Positions 43,259 to 53,983 of a stretch of 64,000 nucleotides of DNA are shown here, in pieces. The DNA is taken from NCBI GenBank assembly GCA_045643245.1, contig JAZUKL010000066.1, positions 5,815 to 69,814 of the forward strand, read 5' to 3'. The position numbers and the translations under genes were made by a program. The first letter of the stretch is position 1. Each line of letters opens with the position of its first letter. Below the pieces are notes generated by a model. It saw only the letters and a list, made by a program, of their open reading frames with translations, was not told the DNA's origin and ran no database searches. Origin of the DNA: Candidatus Enterocola sp. (GTDB taxonomy: Bacteria; Bacteroidota; Bacteroidia; Bacteroidales; Paludibacteraceae).

Positions 43259-45415
43259 TTAAAATTCTACTGAAATCTTCCCTGTGGCATTGAATTTGGC
43301 TTGTGGGAAATAGTATGCTTCATCGTATGCAAAAGCGTTTGCACAGTATTCTGCATTGAACAAATTATTTAGAGATACTCCAAAGTTTATTATGCAGGCA
43401 TTCTTGACATTCAGGGCGTAACCTAACTGAAGGTCTGTAACCCAATAGGGGTCAAGTGTAAAATTCTCATCTGATGTGTTGGTTATGTATTGTTTGCCAA
43501 CATATCTTGTCAGCCAACTAACTGTAAATCCGTGAGTTTCAACACCTGCTTTTATCAGAGCAGTAACTGACGGAGAATAAGAGAGGTCTGTATCACCTGA
43601 GTTGGCATTTACAGCCTTATTCTGACTTAGTGTAACATTTCCTCCAAGCCATAGCCATTTAAGAGGGGTGACGGTAGCCTCCAGTTCAATGCCTCGGCGG
43701 TAGCTGTCTGGTATGTTGGTGTAAAGAGCCTCGTATGTATCGGGGTTTTGAGCCCCTGTAAGAATAAGTTGGTCTTTATAAATCATATAATAGAGGTTAA
43801 GAGAACCTTTCACCCATTTGGAGTTAACTTGATAGCCTGCCTCAACATCATACAGTCTTTCAGGTTTTGGTTCATCACCTTTTACGGCATTCACAAAATC
43901 CCTTCTTGTAGGTTCATGATTAGCCATTGACCCCGATGCGTAAACCTTATGCAGTTTGCAGAAATTATAACTCAGTCCGATTTTAGGATTAATGAAATCG
44001 TATGTCTTGTTTACATTAATGTCCTGCATGCCGCCTTTTGTATAGTCATAAACATCATTTAGTCCGTCAATTTTATGGTTTACATATCTGTATTGAATGT
44101 CAGCATACACAAACAGATCTTTGTACGCTTCCCAATCAACCTTTGCAAAAACGCTCACATCATTTTTCAGAGAGTTGTTTCTGTAATACTCAGAGTTGCC
44201 CTTGAAATTTACTGCATCAGCCACGCTTGTAACATATCCGTTATGAAAACTTCCGTACATATTCCACGATGCTCCAAAATCAGTTGTAACACTTCTGTTT
44301 TTGAATGCCGCGTATGCAATAATGCCACCAAAGTGGCTCTTCTGCTTTTTCTGCCTTGTAAGGTTACTCTTTTTCAGAAGTTGTCCTGAGGCATCATATA
44401 GGTCAGAGAGCATATACTCTGACAGTGTGCGTGAGTTTTTGTATTGGTCATACCAGCCGTCTCCGTAAGTGTAGTGTGCAGTTGCGTTAAGTGTCCAAAA
44501 ACCATTGAATTGGTGCTTGAATATCAGATGGTTGTTTGTTTGAAAATAGTTGTCTTTCTGGTTGTCATAAAATCCTGTAACATTTCCGTTCTTGTCCAGT
44601 ATCTCTCCGCAAGGGTTGTATCGGCGGTTTTTTGCCATCTGCTCCTTTGTAATTCCGTCCCAAGCGTTATATGTGCTTTCAAAACCGCCGAATGACAGCA
44701 GTTTTACTGATGTGTATGTGCCAAGGTATCCTGTCTGTAACATATACGAGTGAAGTTGAGAGGTTGCCCTTTCCATATAACCGTCAGAGCCTGTGTGTGA
44801 TAGCGTTCCTTCTATAGCCCATTTCCCTTTTAGTGACCCCGATGTTACATTTATTACCTCTTTGTTAGTGTTGTAACTGCCGTACATCACTTCCACTTTG
44901 CCTCCAAACTTTTCTGAAAATTTCTTTGGTTCCATATTTATTGAACCGCCAAAGGCACCTGTACCTATGGTTGATGAGCCTGCACCTCTGCCTATCTGCA
45001 CATTCTCTGCGGTTTGGAGCAGGTCAGGAGTATCAACCCAATATACTTTATGGCTTTCTGCATCGTTCAGGGGAACATCGCCAACGGTTACATTTATTCT
45101 TGTGCCGTCATAGCCACGCATGCGCAAGTCTGTGTAACCCACACCGTTGCCTGCATCGGAGGTGGCAATTACAGAAACTGTGTTTTGAAGCAGGTATGGA
45201 ACATCGTCCGCATTGTTTTGTTTTTGAAATTCGCTTTTGTCAATAATGCTTAATGCAACAGGGGCATTGTCAGCGGTACGTAACGCGCTAACCTCTATCT
45301 GTTCCAATACTTTTGTGTAAGTGGAGTCATTCTCCTGCTCAAGCAGGTTAAGCCTTTGTGCCATACATAATGCAGGCATTAAGGCAATAATAATCAGTGT
45401 TTTAATTCTTGACAT
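43259..45415 (-). CDS. TonB-dependent receptor
   Basis: It has a signal peptide, a plug region, beta-barrel periodicity and a C-terminal terminal Phe (...GKISVEF). Confidence 0.88.
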   Translation of the reverse strand: MSRIKTLIIIALMPALCMAQRLNLLEQENDSTYTKVLEQIEVSALRTADNAPVALSIIDKSEFQKQNNADDVPYLLQNTVSVIATSDAGNGVGYTDLRMRGYDGTRINVTVGDVPLNDAESHKVYWVDTPDLLQTAENVQIGRGAGSSTIGTGAFGGSINMEPKKFSEKFGGKVEVMYGSYNTNKEVINVTSGSLKGKWAIEGTLSHTGSDGYMERATSQLHSYMLQTGYLGTYTSVKLLSFGGFESTYNAWDGITKEQMAKNRRYNPCGEILDKNGNVTGFYDNQKDNYFQTNNHLIFKHQFNGFWTLNATAHYTYGDGWYDQYKNSRTLSEYMLSDLYDASGQLLKKSNLTRQKKQKSHFGGIIAYAAFKNRSVTTDFGASWNMYGSFHNGYVTSVADAVNFKGNSEYYRNNSLKNDVSVFAKVDWEAYKDLFVYADIQYRYVNHKIDGLNDVYDYTKGGMQDINVNKTYDFINPKIGLSYNFCKLHKVYASGSMANHEPTRRDFVNAVKGDEPKPERLYDVEAGYQVNSKWVKGSLNLYYMIYKDQLILTGAQNPDTYEALYTNIPDSYRRGIELEATVTPLKWLWLGGNVTLSQNKAVNANSGDTDLSYSPSVTALIKAGVETHGFTVSWLTRYVGKQYITNTSDENFTLDPYWVTDLQLGYALNVKNACIINFGVSLNNLFNAEYCANAFAYDEAYYFPQAKFNATGKISVEF

Positions 45416-45444
45416 ATTCAGCAGAATTTATGAGGTGCCAATTC

Positions 45445-45525
45445 TGCCGCATCCCGGTATCAGCATTATCTGTGTCCGGTACAATGGGTATAATCTCAGC
45501 CACAAAACGTAGCACCCCCTTAAAA
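45445..45525 (-). promoter_or_regulatory. TPP (THI-box) riboswitch
   Basis: In minus sense the sequence reads GGGGGTGC-tacgttttgtg-GCTGAGA-ttat-ACCC-attgt-ACCGGAcacAGATAATGCTGatACC-GGGA. These are the conserved GGGGUGC / CUGAGA / ACCC / ...AUAAUGC...GGGA blocks in the correct order. Confidence 0.75.
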
Positions 45526-45542
45526 TAGTGAAAAGTTAATTG

Positions 45543-46022
45543 TTAATTATTAATTGTTTCTTCCTCTTTAATGGTTGGAGTGTTCTCAACGCCAAGGTAA
45601 AGAGGCTTGACTATATCTTCCTTAACTACAAAAATTTCAGTTGCACGGTCAGGAAAAGCATCCTTAACGGTGTTACTGAACTCCAATGCCTCATAATATG
45701 AAACAAAGTCTCCCACTCTCACTTTCCAAAAAGGAGCGGAATAGGTAACGTATGCGTGTGATTCAGGAAATGCCTCAGTATAGGTTTTTTCCATTTCAAA
45801 CGCCGCATTCTTGGCGTTCTGACCTCTGTTGCTTGAGAAAATCTGTACTCTGAATCCGCTACATGAAACAACTTGATTTGCAGGCTGCACTGTGGCTCCT
45901 GTGTTTTTATATACAAGGGAGTCAAGTCCTGCAGGTTGGTTCAATGAAACAGAACCTATACGCTCTGCGTATGTTGCAAGGCATAATAACAGGGTTGTTG
46001 TCAATACAAGAATTTGTTTCAT
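45543..46022 (-). CDS. SPOR-domain protein
   Basis: The C-terminal FRVQIFSSNRGQNAKNAAFEMEK...YSAPFWKVRVGDFVSYYEALEF is SPOR-like. The start is at MKQILVL (a signal peptide). Confidence 0.75.
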   Translation of the reverse strand: MKQILVLTTTLLLCLATYAERIGSVSLNQPAGLDSLVYKNTGATVQPANQVVSCSGFRVQIFSSNRGQNAKNAAFEMEKTYTEAFPESHAYVTYSAPFWKVRVGDFVSYYEALEFSNTVKDAFPDRATEIFVVKEDIVKPLYLGVENTPTIKEEETINN

Positions 46023-46104
46023 GACTGCGAAGATACAAAAAAAATCTCTGATTTTTGACAAATAATACTATTTTTATTAAATTTGTAAGATAATACATTG
46101 CATT

Positions 46105-46749
46105 ATGGTTAACAGATATGTAATAATTACGGCTGCAGGCAGCGGCAAAAGAATGGGAACGGATATTCCAAAACAGTTTCTGCCCATTGACGGCAAACCC
46201 ATACTTATGCGTACAATAGAGGCATTCCACTCTGTGCCAAACAAAATATTGGTATTGTCAGGCAGGGATATTGAGTATTGGAATCAGTTGTGTGAGAGGT
46301 ATGATTTCAAAGTGCCATGCAAGATGGTTGAAGGTGGAGAGGAAAGGTTTCATTCAGTAAAGAACGCCTTAGAGTTTGTACCCGATGACGCCATTGTGGC
46401 AATACATGATGGTGTACGCCCATTTGTATCGGAAGTTGTTATAGAAGAGGCTTTCAGAGTGGCAGAGGAAAAAGGCAGTGCAGTTCCTGTAATTGATTGT
46501 GTTGATTCTGTCAGAATAATAGCGGAGAATGGCAATAACGCCCCAATTAACAGGGATTTGGTAAAGTTGGTTCAGACACCGCAGGTGTTCAGGTCTTCGA
46601 TACTGAAAAAGGCGTACAAGGTGGATTATTCCCCTGCCTTTACTGACGATGCTTCAGTAGTGGAGTGTGCCGGCTATTCCATAACCCTTACCAAAGGCAA
46701 TGTAGAGAACAAGAAAATAACAGTTAAGAATGATTTGAATCTCAACTGA
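46105..46749 (+). CDS. ispD: 2-C-methyl-D-erythritol 4-phosphate cytidylyltransferase
   Basis: It has VIITAAGSGKRMG and VAIHDGVRPF. Confidence 0.92.
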   Translation: MVNRYVIITAAGSGKRMGTDIPKQFLPIDGKPILMRTIEAFHSVPNKILVLSGRDIEYWNQLCERYDFKVPCKMVEGGEERFHSVKNALEFVPDDAIVAIHDGVRPFVSEVVIEEAFRVAEEKGSAVPVIDCVDSVRIIAENGNNAPINRDLVKLVQTPQVFRSSILKKAYKVDYSPAFTDDASVVECAGYSITLTKGNVENKKITVKNDLNLN

Positions 46750-46750
46750 T

Positions 46751-48838
46751 ATGCAATTAAGCTCCCCAATAAAATATTTGCCCGGAGTAGGTCCTAAGAA
46801 GGCTGAAATCTTGGAGAAGGAACTGGATGTGAAAACAGTTTCAGACCTGATTCATTGCTTCCCATACAGATATATTGACCGCAGTAAGTTCTATAAAATC
46901 AGAGAGATAGAAACGGCTACGGCATATATTCAAATAAGAGGTGTTATTACGGGCTTCAGACAAGTGGGAGAGGGCAGGGCAAAGCGGCTTGTGGCAACCT
47001 TTACTGACGGAGATGATTTTATTGAAATAATATTCTTTAAGGGTCTTAATTATATTCTTGACGCTTATCTGCTTGATACAGAGTATATTGTATTTGGAAA
47101 GCCAAACCTTTTTAACGGCAAGTTCAGTTTCATTCACCCTGAAATAGAGAAGCCTTCACCTGACCGTGTAACAGGCTTTATGCCACTATATCACACAACA
47201 GAGAAGATGAAGAACCATTTTCTCAATTCTAAGGCTTTGCAGAAACTTATTCTTACAGCATTAAAAAGTATTGACAGAAATACAGTGCCGGAGACCTTGC
47301 CAAAATATATTCTTGACAAATATCATTTTCCTAATGCCTCTGATTCCCTTGTAAGGGCGCATTTCCCACAAGACATGGCATCGCTTGACAAGGCACTTGC
47401 CAGACTGAAATTTGAAGAGTTGTTCTATATTCAACTTGCCATTTTAAGACAGGCAAACCAGTTTAAGAGCAAGGCAATGGGGCATCCGTTCCCCGTAATA
47501 GGGCATTATTTCAACACTTTTTACAAGGAGTGCCTGCCGTTTGACCTTACAAATGCCCAAAAAAGGGTTTTGCGTGAAATAAGGAACGATGTAAGAGGTC
47601 CCGGACAAATGAACCGTCTGCTCCAAGGCGATGTTGGCAGCGGAAAAACCATTGTGGCTCTGCTAAGTATGCTTATGGCGGTTGACAATGATTACCAAAC
47701 CTGTATTGTTGCTCCAACGGAAATTCTTGCTACACAGCACTTTGAGAGTATGAGTAAGATGTTGCTGCCTTTAGGGTTGGAGGTCAGGTTGCTTACAGGT
47801 TCAACCAAGAAAAAAGAGAGGGAAATCATAGCAGAAGGGTTGGAATCGGGTTCACTGAAAATACTTATAGGAACACATGCAGTATTTGAAGATAAGGTGC
47901 AGTTTGCCAAATTAGGGCTTGTAATAATTGATGAGCAACATAGATTTGGAGTGGAACAGAGGTCAAAACTGTGGGGCAAGAACATTCGTCCGCCACATGT
48001 TATGGTAATGACAGCCACACCTATTCCCCGTACACTTGCAATGACACTTTACGGAGATTTGGACGTAAGCGTTATTGATGAACTTCCACCTGGTAGAAAA
48101 GAGATTCATACAGAGCATATTTTTGACGAGAAACGTCCTGCCCTTAATAATTTCTTGAGAAAACAGATGGCTGATGGCAGACAGGTATATGTGGTTTATC
48201 CGCTTATAAAGGAGTCAGAAAAAGCCGATATGAAGGATTTGGAGAACGGATTTGAGGCAATGAAGCAGGTGTTCCCTGAGTTTAAGGTGTGCATGGTTCA
48301 CGGCAAAATGAAACCCGCTGAAAAAGAGGCACAGATGCAGGAGTTTGTAAGCGGAAGGGCAAATATGCTTGTCTCAACCACAGTAATTGAGGTGGGGGTA
48401 AATGTGCCTAACGCCACAGTAATGGTCATAGAGAACGCAGAAAGATTCGGACTTTCACAGTTGCATCAGTTGCGTGGCAGAGTGGGCAGAGGCGGCAATC
48501 AGTCATATTGTCTGCTTATAACAAAATATCAGATATCGTCCGATACAAGAAAGAGAGTTGAAATAATGACACAAACTACAAACGGCTTTGAGATTGCTGA
48601 GGCCGACCTACGACTTCGTGGACCTGGTGATATGGAAGGCACACTTCAAAGCGGACTTCCGTTTACACTCCGTGTTGCAGACTTGAGCCGTGACGGACAA
48701 ATCCTAACCCTTGCACGTGATGAGGCTTCAGAAATTCTGAAGTCAGACCCAATGCTCTCTTCTGCAGATAATGCTCTGCTTTTAGACCAACTACATCAAA
48801 AAACTCAGAATGTTGTTAATTGGAGTTTCATAAGTTAA
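46751..48838 (+). CDS. recG: ATP-dependent DNA helicase RecG
   Basis: It has a wedge/OB N-terminus, Walker A GDVGSGKT, DEQHRFG, and the TATPIPRT and QLRGRVGRG motifs. Confidence 0.95.
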   Translation: MQLSSPIKYLPGVGPKKAEILEKELDVKTVSDLIHCFPYRYIDRSKFYKIREIETATAYIQIRGVITGFRQVGEGRAKRLVATFTDGDDFIEIIFFKGLNYILDAYLLDTEYIVFGKPNLFNGKFSFIHPEIEKPSPDRVTGFMPLYHTTEKMKNHFLNSKALQKLILTALKSIDRNTVPETLPKYILDKYHFPNASDSLVRAHFPQDMASLDKALARLKFEELFYIQLAILRQANQFKSKAMGHPFPVIGHYFNTFYKECLPFDLTNAQKRVLREIRNDVRGPGQMNRLLQGDVGSGKTIVALLSMLMAVDNDYQTCIVAPTEILATQHFESMSKMLLPLGLEVRLLTGSTKKKEREIIAEGLESGSLKILIGTHAVFEDKVQFAKLGLVIIDEQHRFGVEQRSKLWGKNIRPPHVMVMTATPIPRTLAMTLYGDLDVSVIDELPPGRKEIHTEHIFDEKRPALNNFLRKQMADGRQVYVVYPLIKESEKADMKDLENGFEAMKQVFPEFKVCMVHGKMKPAEKEAQMQEFVSGRANMLVSTTVIEVGVNVPNATVMVIENAERFGLSQLHQLRGRVGRGGNQSYCLLITKYQISSDTRKRVEIMTQTTNGFEIAEADLRLRGPGDMEGTLQSGLPFTLRVADLSRDGQILTLARDEASEILKSDPMLSSADNALLLDQLHQKTQNVVNWSFIS

Positions 48839-48882
48839 TAGTTTTGTGACCACAAAACTATTAATTTTTGGTGAAATTTTAT

Positions 48883-48890
48883 TATATTTG
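48883..48890 (+). promoter_or_regulatory. -7 box TATATTTG for the M23 peptidase gene
   Basis: It matches TAnnTTTG, 25 nt upstream of ATG 48915 and inside the GTG-extended ORF. Confidence 0.45.
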
Positions 48891-48914
48891 CAGTTTATTA
48901 CCACAGCAGTGCAA

Positions 48915-49838
48915 ATGAAGAGATTTTTGTTGATATTTTTGATGTTAGGCACGGTTTTTGCCGTACAAAGTAAGGAGATAGACAATATCTTTGGAATTGA
49001 GAATGTTGTTTTTGAAGAGACCGGAGCAAACACAGAGTATGAAAATGACGATGATGACGATGATGAAAGCGATGTTGATAACCCTGAAACAGACTCATTG
49101 GCTATAAATAATTCAGCCGACTCAACACAGATGGTTCATACCCAATGGTTTGATGAAAACTCATACGAAGGGGTATATAACCATGTATGGACAAATTTTG
49201 ATGTTAATCCCTACAATATCAATCTGTATAAAATGAAGGATACTATAAAGATTGATATGAGTGGATATACACATCCGTTTCTTGGCAGAATAACATCAAA
49301 TTTTGGAATGAGGACATATCGTTGGCATTATGGAACAGATGTAAAACTCCTTATCGGCGATACAATAAGGTCAGCCTTTGACGGATTGGTGCGTATATCA
49401 AAGTGGGGTACAGGTTATGGTTATTATGTATTGGTGCGTCATGATAACGGATTGGAAACAATTTACGGACATTGCAGTCAGTTGCTTGTTGAACCGGGAA
49501 CATACGTCAGAAGCGGAGACCCTATAGCATTGGGCGGAAACACGGGGCGTAGTACAGGTTCACATCTTCATTATGAAATAAGATATGTGGGAAATGCCAT
49601 AAATCCTGTTGATGTGGTTGATTTTGAAACAGGACTTGTTAAGGATTCAGTTTTGGTGATATGTGACAAAACATTCAAATACAAGGGTGTCAACTTGTCA
49701 TATTATACAATTAAGAAGGGAGACAACCTTTCAAGCATAGCAAAAAGGCGTGGCACAACAGTGTCAAAACTGTGTAAGTTAAATAATATAACCCCTAAGA
49801 CAGTATTGAAAATAGGGCGTAAAATAAGAGTGAGTTAA
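48915..49838 (+). CDS. M23-family metallopeptidase with C-terminal LysM domain
   Basis: It has the signal peptide MKRFLLIFLMLGTVFA, HYGTDV, GNTGRSTGSHLHYEI, and a LysM segment YYTIKKGDNLSSIAKRRG. Confidence 0.88.
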   Translation: MKRFLLIFLMLGTVFAVQSKEIDNIFGIENVVFEETGANTEYENDDDDDDESDVDNPETDSLAINNSADSTQMVHTQWFDENSYEGVYNHVWTNFDVNPYNINLYKMKDTIKIDMSGYTHPFLGRITSNFGMRTYRWHYGTDVKLLIGDTIRSAFDGLVRISKWGTGYGYYVLVRHDNGLETIYGHCSQLLVEPGTYVRSGDPIALGGNTGRSTGSHLHYEIRYVGNAINPVDVVDFETGLVKDSVLVICDKTFKYKGVNLSYYTIKKGDNLSSIAKRRGTTVSKLCKLNNITPKTVLKIGRKIRVS

Positions 49839-49883
49839 AAACTGGTGAATCGTGGAACCGATTAACCGATTAAACAACAAATT

Positions 49884-52800
49884 ATGGGATTTAATGAAAT
49901 TTTAGCAAAGTTGTTCGGTACAAAAGCCGACAGGGATATGAGAGAGGTGACTCCGTATCTTGATAAAATCAAGGCGGTATATCCTCAAGTGGAAAAACTC
50001 TCAAATGATGAATTGCGTAATCGTTCTGCAGAGATAAGAGAGGCAGTCCGTTCAGTTGCAAAGGAAAGTCTTGCAAAGATAGATGAAATAAAGGCAACTA
50101 TTGAACAAACTGATTTTCAGGAGCGTGCGGCACTATATGCAGAAGTTGACAAGCTTGATAAGAAGGCACTTGATGCCATGGATGAGAAGCTTGACTATTT
50201 CTTGCCAGAGGTGTTTGCCATTATCCGTGAAACCGCCAAGCGATTCAAGGAAAATGAAACCATAACCGTTAAAGCCACTGACTTTGACCGCAAACTTGCA
50301 GTCAAGTTTGACTTTGTAACCATTGATGGAGACAATGCCGTTTATAAGAATGAGTGGATGGCAGGTGGCAATATGGTAAAATGGGATATGGCTCACTATG
50401 ATGTTCAGTTTATTGGAGGTGTTGTTTTGCATAAAGGTAAGATTGCTGAGATGGCAACCGGTGAGGGTAAAACCCTTGTTGCCACACTTCCTGTATTCCT
50501 TAATGCCCTTACAGGTAACGGAGTGCATGTTGTTACCGTCAATGATTATTTGGCAAAACGTGACTCTGAGTGGATGGGACCTATGTATATGTTCCACGGG
50601 CTTAGCGTTGACTGTATAGATAAATACAAGCCAAATTCAGATGAACGCCGTCAGGCATACAATGCTGACATTACATTTGGTACCAATAATGAGTTTGGTT
50701 TTGACTACTTACGTGATAATATGGCATCGGCGCCTGAGGATTTAGTGCAACGCCGTCATAACTATGCCATTGTTGATGAGGTTGACTCCGTTTTGATAGA
50801 TGATGCCCGTACACCACTTATCATATCAGGTCCTGTTCCAAAGGGAGAAGACCAGATGTTTGATGAGTATTGTCCTAAGGTTGAAAAGGTTGTAGCCGCC
50901 CAAAAGGCACTTGTAACGCGTCTGCTTATTGATGCCAAGAAACTTATGGCTTCATCAAATCCTGAAGAGCAGGCACAAGGTGTAATCTATTTGTATCGTG
51001 CGTTTAAGGGATTGCCTAAATATCAGCCACTTATAAAGTACTTGAGTGAGCCGGGAGTAAAAGCCGCAATGCTTAAGACTGAGGCTGTGTATATGGAGCA
51101 GAACAACAAGCGTATGCCTGAAATTACTGATGACCTATTCTTTGTAATTGAAGAACAGCACAATAGCATTGAACTTACCGATAAAGGTATTGACCTTATT
51201 TCTGCCGATACCGGTGATTCCAAGTTCTTTGTGTTGCCTGACATAGGTTCTGAACTTTCAGAACTTGAAAATATGCAACTTTCTGAAGATGAAAAACTTA
51301 CACGCCACGATGCCCTAATGTCAGACTACGCTGTCAAATCAGAGCGTGTACACACTGTAACCCAACTTCTTAAGGCATACACTCTGTTTGAAAAAGATGA
51401 CCAATATGTAATTGATGACGGACAGGTTAAGATAGTTGATGAGCAGACAGGCCGTATTATGGAGGGCAGACGGTATTCAGACGGTTTGCATCAGGCTATT
51501 GAGGCAAAGGAGAGAGTGAAAGTTGAGGCTGCCACACAAACATTTGCAACCATCACCTTGCAGAACTACTTCCGTATGTATCGTAAGCTTGCAGGTATGA
51601 CAGGTACCGCTGAAACTGAAGCAGGTGAGTTTTGGGATATCTATAAACTTGATGTGGTTACAATTCCTACAAACCGTCCTGTAATACGTGACGATATGAA
51701 TGACCGCATCTACAAAACAAAACGTGCAAAATACAATGCAGTCATTGCTGAAATAGAAAGACTTATTGGAGAAGGCAGACCTGTGCTTGTAGGTACAACG
51801 GCAGTTGAAACATCTGAACTTTTGAGCAAGATGCTCAGCATGCGTAAAATCAAGCATAATGTCCTAAATGCCAAGTTGCACCAAAAAGAGGCTGAGATTG
51901 TGGCACTTGCAGGCCGTCCGGGAACTGTTACCATTGCCACCAACATGGCAGGTCGTGGTACCGATATCAAACTTACTCCAGAGTCAAAAGCGGCAGGCGG
52001 TCTTGCTATCATAGGTACAGAACGTCATGAGAGCCGTCGTATTGACCGCCAGTTGCGTGGTCGTTCAGGTCGTCAGGGAGACCCGGGTTCTTCAGTGTTC
52101 TATGTGTCATTTGAAGACAATCTGATGCGTGTCTTTGGTTCAGACCGTATTGTAAAGGTTATGGATGCTCTTGGACTACAGGAAGATGAGATGATGGAGC
52201 ATAACCAAATCTCAAAATCAATAGAGCGTGCGCAGAAGAAGGTTGAGGAGAACAACTTTGGCATACGTAAGCGTCTGCTTGAGTATGATGATGTTATGAA
52301 CAAGCAGCGTACAAATATCTATGCCCGCCGTCACCACGCACTTATGGGAGAGCGTATTGGTATTGATATTGTAAATATGATTTATGACGGAGTTGCCGTA
52401 ATAGTTGATACCTATTATGACTCCGCCGATGCAGAATCAATGCGTATGGATATTCTCCGTCAGTTTGCTGCTGATATTGATATAAATCCTGATACAATCC
52501 GTCACACAAAGATACAGGATTTGACAGACCAGATATACAATAAGGTGTATGAGTCGTTCTCACGCAAGTGTGAACTTACAGCAAAAATTGCCTATCCGGT
52601 AATTAAGAAAGTGTATGAGGAACAAGGTCAGATGTATGAGCGCATAATAATTCCGTTTACAGACGGTAAGGCTATGTATAACATACCTGTAAATCTAAAA
52701 GAAGCGTACGATACTGAGGCTAAGGCAGTTGTCAAGGAATTCCAAAAGGCTGTTCTTCTACATACCATAGATGAGGCTTGGAAAGAGCATCTAAGAGATT

Positions 52801-53174
52801 TGGATGAATTGCGTACAAGCGTTCAGAACGCATCGTATGAACAGAAAGACCCACTTGTAATCTACAAAATAGAGGCTCACGGATTGTTTATGAGCATGAT
52901 AGAAACCATAAACAAGAAGGCCATAACCATCCTGATGCGTGCCCAAATCCCTGTAAGAGAAGGCGATTCAGTGCGTGAGGCACAACAACGCCAACGTAAT
53001 GATTACAGCAAGTATCAGGCACACAAGAGTGACATTATGAAGGCTGGAGAGCAAGATACACGTGAAAAACAGAAACCACAGCCTGTTCATGTTGAAAAGA
53101 CAGTAGGCAGAAATGACCCGTGTCCTTGCGGTAGCGGTAAGAAGTATAAGAACTGCTGCGGCAGAGGATTATAA
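49884..53174 (+). CDS. secA: preprotein translocase ATPase SecA
   Basis: It has [14 protein letters not shown], the DEAD-like [19 protein letters not shown], and the C-terminal zinc finger [14 protein letters not shown]. Confidence 0.97.
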   Translation: MGFNEILAKLFGTKADRDMREVTPYLDKIKAVYPQVEKLSNDELRNRSAEIREAVRSVAKESLAKIDEIKATIEQTDFQERAALYAEVDKLDKKALDAMDEKLDYFLPEVFAIIRETAKRFKENETITVKATDFDRKLAVKFDFVTIDGDNAVYKNEWMAGGNMVKWDMAHYDVQFIGGVVLHKGKIAEMATGEGKTLVATLPVFLNALTGNGVHVVTVNDYLAKRDSEWMGPMYMFHGLSVDCIDKYKPNSDERRQAYNADITFGTNNEFGFDYLRDNMASAPEDLVQRRHNYAIVDEVDSVLIDDARTPLIISGPVPKGEDQMFDEYCPKVEKVVAAQKALVTRLLIDAKKLMASSNPEEQAQGVIYLYRAFKGLPKYQPLIKYLSEPGVKAAMLKTEAVYMEQNNKRMPEITDDLFFVIEEQHNSIELTDKGIDLISADTGDSKFFVLPDIGSELSELENMQLSEDEKLTRHDALMSDYAVKSERVHTVTQLLKAYTLFEKDDQYVIDDGQVKIVDEQTGRIMEGRRYSDGLHQAIEAKERVKVEAATQTFATITLQNYFRMYRKLAGMTGTAETEAGEFWDIYKLDVVTIPTNRPVIRDDMNDRIYKTKRAKYNAVIAEIERLIGEGRPVLVGTTAVETSELLSKMLSMRKIKHNVLNAKLHQKEAEIVALAGRPGTVTIATNMAGRGTDIKLTPESKAAGGLAIIGTERHESRRIDRQLRGRSGRQGDPGSSVFYVSFEDNLMRVFGSDRIVKVMDALGLQEDEMMEHNQISKSIERAQKKVEENNFGIRKRLLEYDDVMNKQRTNIYARRHHALMGERIGIDIVNMIYDGVAVIVDTYYDSADAESMRMDILRQFAADIDINPDTIRHTKIQDLTDQIYNKVYESFSRKCELTAKIAYPVIKKVYEEQGQMYERIIIPFTDGKAMYNIPVNLKEAYDTEAKAVVKEFQKAVLLHTIDEAWKEHLRDLDELRTSVQNASYEQKDPLVIYKIEAHGLFMSMIETINKKAITILMRAQIPVREGDSVREAQQRQRNDYSKYQAHKSDIMKAGEQDTREKQKPQPVHVEKTVGRNDPCPCGSGKKYKNCCGRGL

Positions 53175-53185
53175 AAAAAAGAAAA

Positions 53186-53215
53186 ATCGGGCAAATATGA
53201 TGTCCGATTTTTTAT
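53186..53215 (+). terminator. intrinsic terminator after secA
   Basis: ATCGGGCA-aatatga-TGTCCGAT is followed by TTTTTTATTTTT. Confidence 0.7.
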
Positions 53216-53340
53216 TTTTAATCGTGAATCCTTGTTTTAGTTACAAATTAGCAACTTTTAATTATAGAAATTAAACTAAGATAGTCATTAACTTTACAAT
53301 CGTTATGTTTATTTTATTTTTAATCTATAATTAATAAGTT

Positions 53341-53739
53341 ATGAAAAGAAAATTTTACAATTTCAAGAGCAAAGTAAGTAAGGCGGATTATGAAGACAGA
53401 GTTGCATTCGGTCAAAGTTTAAGAACAAGACGCAGAATACTTGATTTAACACAAGAGGCCGTTGCAGACAAAATGGGAATAACAACTACTGCATATTCCA
53501 AGATTGAGAGAGGAGAGAGTGGCATATCTACCACAAGATTAAAACAATTAGCGGATATTCTTGGCATTAACGCACCTGATTTGTTGTCAGAGATACCTGT
53601 CAACAATATGCTTATGCGTGATATTTTTCTTGAAATAATATCAATGAACAAGAAAATAGACACGCTTTCTCATTATATAGCGGCTGAAAAACCTGCTGAA
53701 TATCAAACGGTAACAGATAGTGAGAAAAATGATAAGTAA
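53341..53739 (+). CDS. XRE-family helix-turn-helix transcriptional regulator
   Basis: LRTRRRILDLTQEAVADKMGITTTAYSKIERGESGISTTRLKQLADILG is a classic Cro/CI-type HTH. Confidence 0.85.
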   Translation: MKRKFYNFKSKVSKADYEDRVAFGQSLRTRRRILDLTQEAVADKMGITTTAYSKIERGESGISTTRLKQLADILGINAPDLLSEIPVNNMLMRDIFLEIISMNKKIDTLSHYIAAEKPAEYQTVTDSEKNDK

Positions 53740-53898
53740 CCCCTAAAAATAACAAAAGGTGTTCACGCTTGAACACCTATTTGCTAACCTTAAAATCAAA
53801 TACTATGAAAAAATCACAATGCAAAAGTAACGCTTTTTAAATATGCAACAATAGGCATTGATAATTATTTTCAATATTTGATTAAATTTTCTTTAGTT

Positions 53899-53938
53899 GT
53901 TACAAACCCCTTACAGACGTGTTACAGATATGTTACAA
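53899..53938. promoter_or_regulatory. four TTACA repeats phased at exactly 11 bp
   Basis: In gTTACAaacccc TTACAgacgtg TTACAgatatg TTACAaa the repeats start at 53900, 53911, 53922 and 53933. Confidence 0.45.
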
Positions 53939-53971
53939 AGGAGCGTTTTTGGAGATTCAAATAATAATTTA

Positions 53972-53979
53972 TACCTTTG
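53972..53979 (+). promoter_or_regulatory. -7 box TACCTTTG for the DUF2461 gene
   Basis: It matches TAnnTTTG, 80 nt upstream of ATG 54059, which implies a structured leader. Confidence 0.45.
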
Positions 53980-53983
53980 CAAC

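Noticed and set aside
49045-49075. The GAT/GAC-rich tract encoding DDDDDDESD in the M23 peptidase could be a slippage-prone repeat.
   Set aside because: The codons are mixed (gacgatgatgacgatgatgaa) and in frame, as in a typical acidic linker after a signal peptide. It is not a pure homopolymer or microsatellite.
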